A stretch of 64,000 nucleotides of DNA from an uncultured Verrucomicrobiae bacterium (GCA_963707025.1 CAVPOM010000018.1:12507-76506), one strand, 5' to 3'; counted from the first letter of the stretch, positions 47,402-58,314 are shown. The notes: a model not told the origin generated them from the sequence alone. Made by a program: numbers and translations.

Positions 47402-47706
47402 GGTTTGAATTATTTGAATTCCTGAAACGTGCCGCCAAACTACACCAGGGCTGTGGCAATGAAACTGCAAAATGGGGGGCGGGAGCGGCAAAGCGGCGCG
47501 GTCGCCCGCGCACTCCTTGACCTGCCGCCACATCGGCCGCGCGCCCGGAACGCCAAGCACCGTGGAGCGCTTAAGGCCGGTTCCGCTGTGGCCCGGACGC
47601 AGGCGTGGTCGCCCCATCTGGAGAAGTCTGTCCCAGACCCGGCCCATTTGTTTTCGCGTGGAATAATTTGCCAACCCCTGACCCAAAGGCTTACTATTCC
47701 GCCCCT

Positions 47707-49215
47707 ATGAGAAGGATTGCAACCCTGGCGTTTTTGCTGGCCCTGGCCGGCGTGGCTCTGGCTGCCGGGCCGGACGATGATTTTTTGGTTATCTACACTC
47801 AAATCCAGCGGGCGGACGCCCTCCAAAAAGGCGGCCAATTGCCGGCCGCGGCCACTGAATATCTCCACGCCCGCGAGGCCTTGCAAAAATTGCACGCCGA
47901 TTTCCCGGCCGCCAACGCGGCGGCGGTTACCTACCGGCTGGATTACCTGGCGGACAAGCTCAAGGAACTCGCCCCCTACCTCCCTTCGGCCAACGCTGGC
48001 GCCGCCGCCCCCAAACCGGCCGTCCCTCTGACCCCCCAACAGCAGGCGGCCATGTGGCAGGAAGAAATCAGTGCTTTGACCAAAGACAAGGCCGAGTTGG
48101 AAATGAAACTCAAGGACACCCTTTCCGCCCAACAGCAGGCCGCGATGTTGCAGGAAAGAATCGGCCAGTTGACCAACGCCAATGCCCGGTTGGAGATGAA
48201 ACTCAAGGAAGCCCTTTCTGTCCAGCCGGCCGCGGTCGCCCCCGATGAATTGGCCAAGGCCCGGGCGAGAATCACTGATCTCGAAAAAGAGCGCGACCTC
48301 CTCAAGGTTACCCTGGAGCAACAAAAGGCGGCCAAACCCGGCGCCAAACCATCGGCCTCCAACGCCGACGCCGACAAGCTCAAGGCGGTGGAAAAGGAGA
48401 GGGACGACTTGAAGAAACAGATCGCCGCCATGAAACCAGGTCCCCCGCCTCAGCGCGCCACGGCGTCGGCCGCCGGCTCCAGCGCGGAACTCGAATCGTT
48501 GCGCGCGCGCCTGGCCGTGCTGGAAGCCGCGGCGGTGCCCTATACCGCCGAAGAACTGGCCGTGCTGAAAAGTTCGCCTTCCGCCGGTCTGCCCGCTGCT
48601 CCCTTGGCCGCGAAGGAACTCCCGTCCAAGGCGCATTCGGTCAAGGATTTGTCTTTCGGCCTCGTCGCCATTATGCGGCAGGCGCGGGGGGACGCCGAGG
48701 CGCGGCGTTACGCCGACGCGGAAAAAGAATATCTCCAAGTGCTCCGGCAGGATGAGAACAACGTGGATGTGCTCTACTACCTCGGCCATGTCCAGTTTGC
48801 CGCCGGCCGTCTGGACGATTGCGAAAAAACGGTGCATCGCGCCCTCGCCCTCGCCCCCAACGACCCCGGCAACCTTTATTTGCTCGGCATTTTGCGCTAT
48901 GGCCAGGAGAAACTGGACGACGCCCTCGATGCCTTGAGCCGGTCCGCCGCCCTCAACTCGACCAACGCCGCCACCCAATTCTCCCTCGGCAGCGTTTTGG
49001 CCGCCAAAGGATTGCGCGCCGAGGCGCAGACGGCCTTCCGCAAAGCCCTGGAGATAGACCCGGCCTTCGCCGATGCCCACTTCAACCTCGCCTTGGTCTA
49101 TGCGGCGGAGAAGCCGCCCTCCCTGGCGCTGGCCCGCTGGCATTATCAGAAGGCGGTTGATGATGGCCATGAAAAGAGCGACAAGCTGGAAAAAATGCTG
49201 GCCGAAGGAAAATAA
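47707..49215 (+). CDS. Secreted TPR-repeat protein with a coiled-coil middle region
   Basis: Signal peptide MRRIATLAFLLALAGVALAAG, duplicated QQQAAM(W/L)QE...LEMKLK(D/E) segments, and C-terminal TPR repeats. Confidence 0.75.
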   Translation: MRRIATLAFLLALAGVALAAGPDDDFLVIYTQIQRADALQKGGQLPAAATEYLHAREALQKLHADFPAANAAAVTYRLDYLADKLKELAPYLPSANAGAAAPKPAVPLTPQQQAAMWQEEISALTKDKAELEMKLKDTLSAQQQAAMLQERIGQLTNANARLEMKLKEALSVQPAAVAPDELAKARARITDLEKERDLLKVTLEQQKAAKPGAKPSASNADADKLKAVEKERDDLKKQIAAMKPGPPPQRATASAAGSSAELESLRARLAVLEAAAVPYTAEELAVLKSSPSAGLPAAPLAAKELPSKAHSVKDLSFGLVAIMRQARGDAEARRYADAEKEYLQVLRQDENNVDVLYYLGHVQFAAGRLDDCEKTVHRALALAPNDPGNLYLLGILRYGQEKLDDALDALSRSAALNSTNAATQFSLGSVLAAKGLRAEAQTAFRKALEIDPAFADAHFNLALVYAAEKPPSLALARWHYQKAVDDGHEKSDKLEKMLAEGK

Positions 49216-49278
49216 CCGCCCCGGCGCGGCGGGTCCTGCCACGGAGGCCCATCCGCCCGCCACCCGCCGCTTCCAACT

Positions 49279-49644
49279 TTGAAACCTCTGGCGCTATTGT
49301 GTTGTTCCAATTCGTTGCTCGGCGGTCAATTGGCCGGCCGTTTGCAGGACTTGGGCTATCGCGTCCAGACCGTCCGCGATGCGGCCACGCTCCAGGAGCA
49401 ATGCGCGCGCGAAAAACCGCTCGTCCTTCTGACCGAAGTGTCCAACCGCCCCGGGGCCTGCGACGGCATCGCCCTGGTCAAAAAATCTCCCGCCACCAGC
49501 CACATTCCCGTCCTGGCCTTCTCCGCCTCGCGCGGCAAGGCCTTGCAAGCCGCCGCCGGGCAGGCGGGCGTCTCCCTCCTGGCGGGCACCGCGGCGATGC
49601 TGGAACATTTGCCGCAGTTGCTCGAGCAAGTCCTTCAGCTCTAA
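49279..49644 (+). CDS. Receiver-like (pseudo-receiver) small protein
   Basis: CheY-like alternation of hydrophobic strands, but the expected phospho-acceptor position reads VLLTEVS (no Asp). TTG start, so support is weak. Confidence 0.45.
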   Translation: MKPLALLCCSNSLLGGQLAGRLQDLGYRVQTVRDAATLQEQCAREKPLVLLTEVSNRPGACDGIALVKKSPATSHIPVLAFSASRGKALQAAAGQAGVSLLAGTAAMLEHLPQLLEQVLQL

Positions 49645-49667
49645 GCCGTGCAAAATCCCACCGCGAA

Positions 49668-50490
<823 letters not shown>

Positions 50491-50495
50491 ACCGG

Positions 50496-51434
50496 TCATT
50501 CCCCGGCTTCCACCTCGTCGAACAGGCTTTCCAGACTGTTGAGGGCGGCCTTTTGCGGGGCGGGATTGAGATGGGCGCGCATATAATCCAGGGCGTCGGC
50601 AATGCTCTTGACCGAGCGCGGCAAGGTGGCTCCGCTGGCGTTGGCATGACCGCCCCCGTGCAGTTGTTCGGCGATCTTGAGCGCCTCGCCGTTGCGGCTG
50701 CGCAAGCTGACCACGACCGTGCTGTTGGCTTTGCGGAACAACGTCAACAATACCGGATAAGGGGTCGCGCCCTGCTCCAGCATTCGATGGACGATGGCAT
50801 TGGTGTTGCCCACCACCGTGTCCACAAAACCCACCGTCGGGCTGATTTCCGCCACGTTGCGCTTGCTCCATTCCAGGCCGATGGGGTCTTCGATGCGCCG
50901 CTTGACCGCCATGACTTCGAGCAAGGGATGCTCCAGCAGCCGTTCCAACTGGCCGCCGATGAGGGCGTGCAGATTCCAGAAGCCGTAGGTCTTGACCAGG
51001 TTGGCGCAATCGTTGGCCGGGACAAAATCGGCATCGTCCTCCAGGAACAAGTCGGCCACATCGTTCAAGCGCACCAGCCGGTCCAATTCCGGCGAGCCCA
51101 GGCCGTGTTGCCGGCACAAATCATAGCACAGCAGCCCGGCCGACTTGGTCAAATCGTGGATCAACACCGCATTTTTCGGGCGCGCCTCCGTGGCGTGATG
51201 GTCAATGATCAGCCAGTCCGGTTTATCCAGCCGCGGTTCAAAACTGAAATCGCACACCCAGGCGGATTTTTCCCGCAGCTCGCGCAATTTCCAGCCGTTA
51301 TAATTGTAAGCCTCCAGCCGCGTCTCCGACTTGAAAAGATGCCGGGCCAGCCGCTGCAGGAGCAACCCCGCGACGAAGCCGTCGAGGTCGCTTTCATGCG
51401 TCAGGATGACATCAGGCTTGGGCAATGCGTCCAT
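50496..51434 (-). CDS. DHH/DHHA1-family phosphoesterase (NrnA-like)
   Basis: Motifs THESDLDGF, IIDHH and GGGHANASG (DHHA1). Confidence 0.8.
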   Translation of the reverse strand: MDALPKPDVILTHESDLDGFVAGLLLQRLARHLFKSETRLEAYNYNGWKLRELREKSAWVCDFSFEPRLDKPDWLIIDHHATEARPKNAVLIHDLTKSAGLLCYDLCRQHGLGSPELDRLVRLNDVADLFLEDDADFVPANDCANLVKTYGFWNLHALIGGQLERLLEHPLLEVMAVKRRIEDPIGLEWSKRNVAEISPTVGFVDTVVGNTNAIVHRMLEQGATPYPVLLTLFRKANSTVVVSLRSRNGEALKIAEQLHGGGHANASGATLPRSVKSIADALDYMRAHLNPAPQKAALNSLESLFDEVEAGE

Positions 51435-51476
51435 GGCCGCAAACTATTCCACTCGAGCCGCACACGCCAGAACAAA

Positions 51477-52178
51477 TCAAGGTTTCTCCCGGAGCTGAAC
51501 GCTTTGCCCAAGGTTTTCCAAACGCGTCAGCCATTGGCCGAAGTGAGGGCATTTCTCACGAAGAACAGGAAGGCCGATCTCTCCGGCGGCCCGAGCGCCC
51601 ACAAGCACTTTGGCGCGATGGTAGCCGGGCAGATGTTTTTCCAGCCGTGCGGATGGATGCGTGCTCGATCCATCGTCCACCTCTTCGGGTGGAGTGGAAC
51701 CAATTTCAGCCTTCAAGTTGGCGATGCCTCGGTCGCGACCGGGGAGGCGGCGGGCCACCGTGATCAGGTCGCAAAAGAGAAGAGCTTCAAACTCATGCAG
51801 GGTGAAGAACGGCAGGAGGCGGGGGGAGTTGAAATGCGTTTGGACGGTGGCGGCGACGGTGGCGGCGCGGTCTGCCGCTTGGGCAAGTTTGCGAGCTTCG
51901 CCGACTCCTGGAAAATGCGGGTCAAGTTTGTACCAATCAATCATCGTAGAGAAACGGTCTGATATGCCGGCGAACTGCTTGAGCAGGCGGCCTACATTGT
52001 AACGGAAGCGATCCCACGACAACGCGCCGCCTGCTGCGCCCAGGCTTCGGTTCGTGGGCAGCATGAATGGGTTAACGGAGACGTGGTACTGGGCGAGGTG
52101 AGGTTTCAGGGTGTCGCGGGCGAAGGCCAGTTCCGTTTCCCCCTCCACGATCAGGTGCAGTTTCACCCAGGCCGTCAC
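51477..52178 (-). CDS. DUF4276 domain protein (Toprim-like); partner of the upstream ATPase
   Basis: LHLIVEGETELAF..., TMIDWYKLDPHFPG, PFFTLHEFEALLFCD and REKCPHFGQWLTRLENL match the DUF4276 pattern. The preferred GTG start at 52178 overlaps the ATPase TGA (GTGA). Confidence 0.75.
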   Translation of the reverse strand: MTAWVKLHLIVEGETELAFARDTLKPHLAQYHVSVNPFMLPTNRSLGAAGGALSWDRFRYNVGRLLKQFAGISDRFSTMIDWYKLDPHFPGVGEARKLAQAADRAATVAATVQTHFNSPRLLPFFTLHEFEALLFCDLITVARRLPGRDRGIANLKAEIGSTPPEEVDDGSSTHPSARLEKHLPGYHRAKVLVGARAAGEIGLPVLREKCPHFGQWLTRLENLGQSVQLREKP

Positions 52179-53353
52179 GGCCGCCCTCCGAAAAGGTTGC
52201 TCTCCCACATTTGGCTTAGGGAATAATCTTGCAACCAGTCCGCCAGGCTTTCCCGATCGAGCCGTTTAAGATTCGTTGCGCCTTCTTCCAAGTCGGCGAC
52301 AATCACATCTGCCGGCTCCATTTGATCCACCAAACCGGCGGATTGGGTGGCCACAATGATCTGTGTAAAATTGGCAGCATCCTGAAGAAGGGACGCCAGA
52401 ATCTTGATGGCGTATGGATGCAACCCCAGTTCCGGCTCATCAATGGCAATCAACGGCGGCAACCAGTCGTGAGGCTGGAGGAGCAGCGTCGCAAGCGCAA
52501 TGAACCGGAGTGTGCCGTCCGAGATTTGGTGGGGTCCGAATTCGTATTCCGCTGAACCAGCCGCTCTCCATCGGAGCATCACATAAGTCCCGCCATTATC
52601 AGGCTCCAAAACGAAGTCTTTGAAGAGAGGAAAAACTAAATGGACAGTCTCAACCACACGCTTATAGCACTCCGGTTGCTTTTCACGCAAAAGATGGAGG
52701 TGAGCGGCCAAATTGCTGCCATCGTCGTAGAGATATGGCGGACCACTAAGATCACTGCGGCTGCGCATGCGAGACTGATCCGATGTGTCGTGAAAATGAT
52801 AGAGTCGAACGCGACTGAGCGTGCTTCTCCAGAATTTGGCCTCCTCATTCTCCGCCAATTTGGGGGAGAGGAGGGCAGATTCGAGGTGGCCGAGATCCAA
52901 GATTCCAACGCCCTGGGACGAGTATGGGGTGGTCACCATTGAAATGCACTTCAGTGGCTGGAAACTGCTCCGCTGTGAAAACTAGGGTTTTGGGGGGCGA
53001 CTCGGTTTCTGGAATTCGACTCCTTTAAAGCCAAAGTGTCGGGTGCAGCATCCACAAGTGCCATCCGGTAGTTGTAACTTAACACCCGAATCAGAGGTCA
53101 TATCCAGTTCCGCGGCAAGGAATTCAGTCACCTTGGCTCCTAGATACAGCAAAGAATCTCTGCCGCCAATGCGGCCAATAAACTCTTGAAGCGCTCCGAT
53201 CATCTCGAAATGCAACAGTTTGAACAGCGAAAGGAAATTGGACTTCCCAGACCCGTTGGCCCCGATGAGGACATTCAGGTTTTCCAGCCTCAGTTCTCGG
53301 CATTGCCTGATGGATTTGTAGCCCTCTAGCGAGACTTTGGTCAGCTTTAACAT
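52175..53353 (-). pseudogene. ABC-type (AAA_15/AAA_21-like) ATPase interrupted by an in-frame TAG
   Basis: N-terminal part MLKLTKVSLEGYKSIRQCRELRLENLNVLIGANGSGKSNFL (Walker A). C-terminal part ...QISDGTLRFIALATLLL...PPLIAIDEPELGLHP (signature-like and Walker B). ORFs 52982..53353 and 52175..52939 are in the same frame, separated by TAG at 52982..52984 plus 14 codons. Confidence 0.75.
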
Positions 53354-53471
53354 GGTTGCATTCTGTCAGAAGCATCCCCGCGCCGCAAGACGGGTTTGGA
53401 GGCACAAATCACCCCACCGCGTCCAGCCGGAACCAGGGCGAAACCGATCAAAAATCGGCCCGTTTATTGAC

Positions 53472-53495
53472 AGCGGCGGTCATAGACCCGCCGCT
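53472..53495 (-). terminator. Possible terminator hairpin downstream of the glutaredoxin-like gene
   Basis: AGCGGCGG-tcatagac-CCGCCGCT is an 8-bp GC stem. No clear U-tract follows. Confidence 0.3.
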
Positions 53496-53530
53496 ACAGG
53501 CGCGCGCAAACCTGCTCCCCAACCGGCCCG

Positions 53531-53872
53531 TTACGTCTTGAACCGGATGTGGGCGGGCGCGGCGGGCGTCTCGTGGGCGCAGGCCTGGTTGGTGGGCGCT
53601 TCGGGCACGCGCTCGTTGGGGCTGATCAGCGCGCTGGCCAGCAGATAAGCCTCCACTTCCTCCCCGCTCACGTCCGGCAGCATCTTGCCGTTGACTTCCA
53701 CGCAGGGGCTTAACATTTGGCCGGTCTTCTCAATCATTTCCTGGCGTTGCGCCGGGTCGTTGATGATGTCGCGGTCCTCGAAAGGCAGGTCGTATTTGCG
53801 CAGCACGGCGCGCACGCCCTGGCTCCAGCCGCAACTGGGTTTCAAATAAGCGATGATCTTGGGCTTTTCCAT
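53531..53872 (-). CDS. Glutaredoxin-like / thioredoxin-fold protein
   Basis: MEKPKIIAYLKPSCGWSQGVRAVLRKYDLPFEDRDI...SPCVEVNGKML is a glutaredoxin-like fold with an SCGWS active-site region. Confidence 0.7.
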   Translation of the reverse strand: MEKPKIIAYLKPSCGWSQGVRAVLRKYDLPFEDRDIINDPAQRQEMIEKTGQMLSPCVEVNGKMLPDVSGEEVEAYLLASALISPNERVPEAPTNQACAHETPAAPAHIRFKT

Positions 53873-53953
53873 ATTCCAATCAATTCAGATTTACCAACAC
53901 GTCCATTCTGCCACAGATCACGCGATTGGCAACCTCCTATCTTCAGGGGGGTT

Positions 53954-54056
53954 CTTAATCCTAATCCTAATCCTAATCCTAATCCTAATCTTAATCTCAA
54001 TCCTCAGGATCCCAGAAGGAGATTACGATTAAGATTAAGATTATGATTAAGAATCA
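53954..54056. repeat. Hexamer-repeat element, inverted pair (locus 9)
   Basis: Eight CTTAAT/CCTAAT units (53954..54001), spacer cctcaggatcccagaagg, then a right arm of ATTACG/ATTAAG/ATTATG units (54020..54056). Confidence 0.9.
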
Positions 54057-54092
54057 GAAACAACTGCCGGAGCAAAGGCCCTCCGCCGTCCT

Positions 54093-55155
54093 CTATCCTT
54101 GGCTTCCGCCGGCCAGCGCCCCGGCGGCCCAGCGCAGCAATCGCTCCGTGGCCTCCCAGCCCAGGCAGGCGTCGGTGATGGAGACGCCGTAGCGCAGGGC
54201 GGCCGGGTTTGGCACGGGGAAGGGCTGGTTGCCTTCGTGCAAAAAGCTTTCCAGCATCAGGCCGATGAGCGAACGGGTGCCTGCCAGGCGCTGCTGGAGG
54301 ACGCTGCGCCAGGCTTCTTCTTGACGCGCATGGAGTTTGCCGGAGTTGGCATGGCTGCAATCCACCATCAGCACGCGCGGCAGCCCGGCCTGGACCAGTT
54401 TGGCTTCGGTGTCGCGGATGCTTTCGGCGTCGTAATTGCTGCGCACCCGGCCGCCGCGCAGGACAATGTGGCCCGCCGGATTGCCCGTCGTGCGCACGAT
54501 GCTGGTCACCCCGTCCTGATCAATGCCGATGAAACTGTGCGGCCGCATGGCCGCGCCCATGGCGTCAATGGCGGTCTGGCAACTGCCGTCCGTGCCGTTT
54601 TTGAAGCCGACCGGCATGGAAAGTCCGCTGGCCATTTCGCGGTGGGTCTGGGATTCGGTGGTGCGGGCGCCGATGGCGGCCCAGGTGACCAGGTCGTCAA
54701 TGTACTGCGGCACAATCGGGTCCAGAAACTCGGTGGCGGCGGGCAGGCCCATGACGGCGAGCTGGAGGAGAAGGCGGCGGGCCAGTTTGAGGCCGCCCTC
54801 GATGTCGTGGCTGTTGTCCAGATGCGGATCGTTGATCAGCCCCTTCCAGCCGATGGTGGTGCGCGGTTTCTCGAAATAAACGCGCATGATGATTTCCAGC
54901 CGCCCCCGCAGTTCCTGGCGCAGGGCGTGGAGCTTGCCGGCGTATTCCAGCGCGGCGGGAACATGGTGAATGGAGCAAGGCCCCGCCACCACGAGCAGAC
55001 GCGGATCTTCCAGGCCGAGGATGCGGCGGATGGTTTCCCGGCCCTGCGTGACGGTCAGGCCTGGCCGCATCGCTCATGGGCAGTTCCGCCTTCAAGGCGC
55101 GCGGGGGCAGCAGGCGGACGATTTCCGCGACATGTAGATCCTGGGTGGCGATCAT
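54093..55155 (-). pseudogene. aroG: Class I DAHP synthase (AroF/G/H family), one frame disruption (or assembly indel)
   Basis: The N-terminus [31 protein letters not shown] is in the frame of ORF 54697..55206. The remainder, [30 protein letters not shown]...[18 protein letters not shown]...[29 protein letters not shown]..., is in ORF 54093..55070. The switch is near 55062-55075. Confidence 0.85.
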
Positions 55156-55222
55156 GGGCGGAAAGGAAGGCGGGCCGGGGTTTGCATTTTCAGGACGGCG
55201 CTTCAATTATAATTGACACAGC

Positions 55223-57304
55223 CTACCAGATGACCGCGCGCAGGGCGGGGGCGCGCCAGACGGGCGCGCCCTCCTTGATGCCGAAGGCGTCGTAAAACGG
55301 CTGGAAATTCTCCTCCGGACCGATGGCGCGGAACTGGCCCGGGGAATGAACATCGGTGACGAGCCGCTGGCGCAAAGCAGCCTGACGCCAGTTGGTGCGC
55401 CAGATTTGCGCGAAGGATATGAAAAAGCGCTGCTCCGGGGTGAAGCCGTCCACGCTTTTGCGCCGGGAGGGGTCTTTGGCCAGGGCCCGTTCCAGGGCGT
55501 CGTATGCGATGGTAATGCCGCCCAGGTCGGCCAGATTCTCGCCCAGGGTCAGGCGTCCGTTGACATGGACGCCGGGCAGGGCCTCGAAGCCGTTGTATTC
55601 GTCCACCACCAATTGGGCGCGGGCTTCGAAGGCCGCGGCGTCGGCGGGCGTCCACCAATCGTTGAGGTTGCCGTTGGCGTCATATTTGCGGCCCTGGTCG
55701 TCGTAGCCGTGGGTCATTTCATGGCCGATGACCACACCGATGGCGCCGTAATTGACGCCGTCGTCCATGGCGGGGTCAAAAAACGGCGGCTGGAGAATTC
55801 CGGCGGGGAAAACAATTTCGTTCTGTTCGGGATTGAAGTAGGCGTTGACGGTTTGCGGGGTCATGTGCCATTCGGCTTTGTCCACCCGTTTGCCGACGCG
55901 GGCCCGCTGGCGTTTGGACTCGAAGCTGACGGAGCGGCGGACGTTGCCGATCAAGTCATCGGGGAGCAGCTTGACGGAGGAATAATCGCGGAACTTGGCG
56001 GGACAGCCGATTTTCTGGGTGAAGCGGTCGAATTTCTCCTGCGCCTTGGCGCGGGTGGCGGGGGACATCCAGGGGACTTTTTGCAAATGGTCGCGGAAAA
56101 CAGCCTTGAGGTTCTCCACCAGCTCATTCATGCGGGCGCGGGCTTCGGGTGGAAAATTCTTCTCGACATAAAGCCGGCCCAGGGCCTCGCCGATGTGGGA
56201 ATCAATGGTGCGGGCGGAGCGTTGCCAGCGGGGTTCCTGCTGGAGCTGGCCGCTGAGGACGGTGCCGTAAAAGGCGAACGATGCGGTTTCGGCGGCGGCG
56301 TTCAGATAGGGGGCGGAGGCGTGCAGGACGTGCCAGCGCAGGTAGGTTTTCCAATCGTCCAGCGGGCGCTGGTTGACCAGGGTGTCGAGGGCGGCGAAAA
56401 AGTCGGGCTGGCGGATAATGACCTCGCGCAACGAAGGCATGCCGGAAGCGTCCAGGAATTCGCGCAAGGCCAGGTGGGGATAATTTTGCACGGCATCGGC
56501 GACGGTGAATTTGTGGTAATTGGCGATGGGATCGCGCAGATCGGCGCGGGCTTTGCAGGCTTTGGCCAGGGCCGTTTCCAGGTCAAGAATGGTCGCGGCG
56601 TGGGTCTTGGCGTCGGATTCCGTTTCGCCGGCCAGGACAAGCATTTTGGTGATGTGAGCCTGATAGGCTTCGCGTTTGCCGGCAAAATCGGCGGACAAAT
56701 AGTAATCGCGGTCGGGCAGGCCCAGGCCGCCCTGGCTGAATTGCAAGGCGTAGAAGCCGCTGTTTTTCGCGTCGGGGGAAACGGCGGCGCCGAAGAGAGC
56801 CGGAATGCCGCTGTCCTGGAAGTAAGCGACGAGGCGGAGAATTTCAGCGGAGGACTTGAGCGCGGCGATGCGCGCGAAATCATCCCGCAGCGGGGTCAAC
56901 CCCAGTTCCTCCAGGCGGTTGGTGTTCATGGCCGAGGCGTAGAAGGCGGCCACCTCGCCGATGGGCGAGCGCGGCGGCGGCGGCTTGGCGTCGCAGTCCG
57001 CGAGGGTGGAGAGGAGAATGTCGTGGATCAGGGCCAGGTTGCGTTCGTTCAGCTCCTCGAAGGCGCCCCAGCGCGATTTGTCGGCGGGCACGGGATTGTT
57101 GGTCAGCCAGCCGCCGCAGGCGAAGCGGAAAAAGTCCGCGCCGGGATCAACGGAGGCATCCATGTAGTTGACGGAAAAGCGCGGGACAGGCGGCGGCGTG
57201 GCGGGCTGGGCCTCGGGCGGGCAAGCCACCGGTTGGTGGGCGCATCCTTGAGCAAAGGCGAGGCCCGCAGCGGCCAGAAAAAGAGGCAAGTTGAGTTTGT
57301 TCAT
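55223..57304 (-). CDS. M13-family zinc metallopeptidase (PepO / endothelin-converting-enzyme-like)
   Basis: Signal or lipoprotein N-terminus, then VNAYFNP, VIGHEMTHGYDD (HExxH) and GENLADLGG. Confidence 0.9.
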   Translation of the reverse strand: MNKLNLPLFLAAAGLAFAQGCAHQPVACPPEAQPATPPPVPRFSVNYMDASVDPGADFFRFACGGWLTNNPVPADKSRWGAFEELNERNLALIHDILLSTLADCDAKPPPPRSPIGEVAAFYASAMNTNRLEELGLTPLRDDFARIAALKSSAEILRLVAYFQDSGIPALFGAAVSPDAKNSGFYALQFSQGGLGLPDRDYYLSADFAGKREAYQAHITKMLVLAGETESDAKTHAATILDLETALAKACKARADLRDPIANYHKFTVADAVQNYPHLALREFLDASGMPSLREVIIRQPDFFAALDTLVNQRPLDDWKTYLRWHVLHASAPYLNAAAETASFAFYGTVLSGQLQQEPRWQRSARTIDSHIGEALGRLYVEKNFPPEARARMNELVENLKAVFRDHLQKVPWMSPATRAKAQEKFDRFTQKIGCPAKFRDYSSVKLLPDDLIGNVRRSVSFESKRQRARVGKRVDKAEWHMTPQTVNAYFNPEQNEIVFPAGILQPPFFDPAMDDGVNYGAIGVVIGHEMTHGYDDQGRKYDANGNLNDWWTPADAAAFEARAQLVVDEYNGFEALPGVHVNGRLTLGENLADLGGITIAYDALERALAKDPSRRKSVDGFTPEQRFFISFAQIWRTNWRQAALRQRLVTDVHSPGQFRAIGPEENFQPFYDAFGIKEGAPVWRAPALRAVIW

Positions 57305-57666
57305 GCAATTAGGTCACGTTCCATGACGAATGGGAATTGTGGCGTGGTTCCAAGGCAAAAGCAAAATGAAAACCGGGCGGTGTTGGGCCGCGAAATACGG
57401 ATACCTCAGCGGAGTGGCGGAGTGATGGAGTGGTGCAGTGATGGAGTGGTGTGAGGCGGGGGTGAACAGAAGCAATTGAAACGAAGGGGGATGGAAACTG
57501 CAAGATAGCGAAGGCGGCGCGGAGGAACCCCTTCCTGGTTCCGTCGCCGTCCGATGCCACTGTTTGCCTTTCCCCATCTCACTATGCTAGTTTTAGCATG
57601 TAAAGTATGGCTGTCAACGGAAAAACGCGGGAAAATGCGATGCGCCGGTCATGGGGGTGGGGCGAG

Positions 57667-57720
57667 ACTCCGTCGAGCCGAAACTCGATTTCCTGGGAAG
57701 AAGTCACGGCTCGACGGAGT
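57667..57720. repeat. REP-like hairpin (family 2): 14-bp perfect stem
   Basis: actccgtcgagccg (57667..57680) pairs with cggctcgacggagt (57707..57720), leaving a 26-nt loop. Confidence 0.7.
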
Positions 57721-57773
57721 TGCCCTGCCTTCACTGTGGTGTTACGCGAGAACAACGATTTCGTTTTTATTTT

Positions 57774-57815
57774 TCTGACCCCATCTTTCTGACTGTCAAA
57801 AAAAATGGGGTCAGA
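57774..57815. repeat. Hairpin TCTGACCCCAT / ATGGGGTCAGA
   Basis: An 11-bp perfect inverted repeat (57774..57784 and 57805..57815) around an A-rich loop. Confidence 0.65.
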
Positions 57816-57923
57816 AAAATGGCTCGAAATTGACCATGATATTTTTTAGGAGTCCACAAACCTCATCCTGGCCAATGTTGACAGGGTGAAGGGAACCCAT
57901 CCGCTGCAAGGCCCAACAGCAGA

Positions 57924-58130
57924 TCAGTATCGAGCCCCAGTTGTTTTCCAGGCCTGCGTGCCTCCATAAATAATGGACATCGCCTTTTTCAGGGACTCCT
58001 CCCGTTGCGCGGAGGTCATCTTATTGGCCCGTTGTCGAATTCGAGCCGCCAGGCGGCTGCCTTCGGTTTCGTCCGGATAATCCAGTTTTTTCTTTTTGAT
58101 CGGCGGCGGCATTTTGTTTTGAGGCTGCAA
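57924..58130 (-). CDS. Hypothetical small basic protein
   Basis: 68 aa, MQPQNKMPPPIKKKKLDYPDETEGSRLAARIRQRANKMTSAQREESLKKAMSIIYGG... It reads as plausible protein, but no family is recognised. Confidence 0.4.
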   Translation of the reverse strand: MQPQNKMPPPIKKKKLDYPDETEGSRLAARIRQRANKMTSAQREESLKKAMSIIYGGTQAWKTTGARY

Positions 58131-58314
58131 TAATGTCCAACAAAGCGGCGCTTTGTCAATCTTCGCGCCTGCCCATCCCCGTCAGGCGCCTTTTCCGGCA
58201 GCGCGCCTGCGTCCACAGGAACCGGAAGCCTCATCCCCGATCCTGCGCCCGGCGGTTCTGCCAAGTGATTCGTTTTCGCTTTGCACCCGGACATTTTTTC
58301 CACATAGTTGCCGC

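Noticed and set aside
50496-51434. DHH/DHHA1 phosphoesterase as an integral third component of the ATPase-DUF4276 module.
   Set aside because: It is co-directional and only 42 nt downstream, but its composition matches the host genome instead of the AT-richer module. NrnA-like genes are common housekeeping genes. It is kept only as a possibility inside the defence-module finding.
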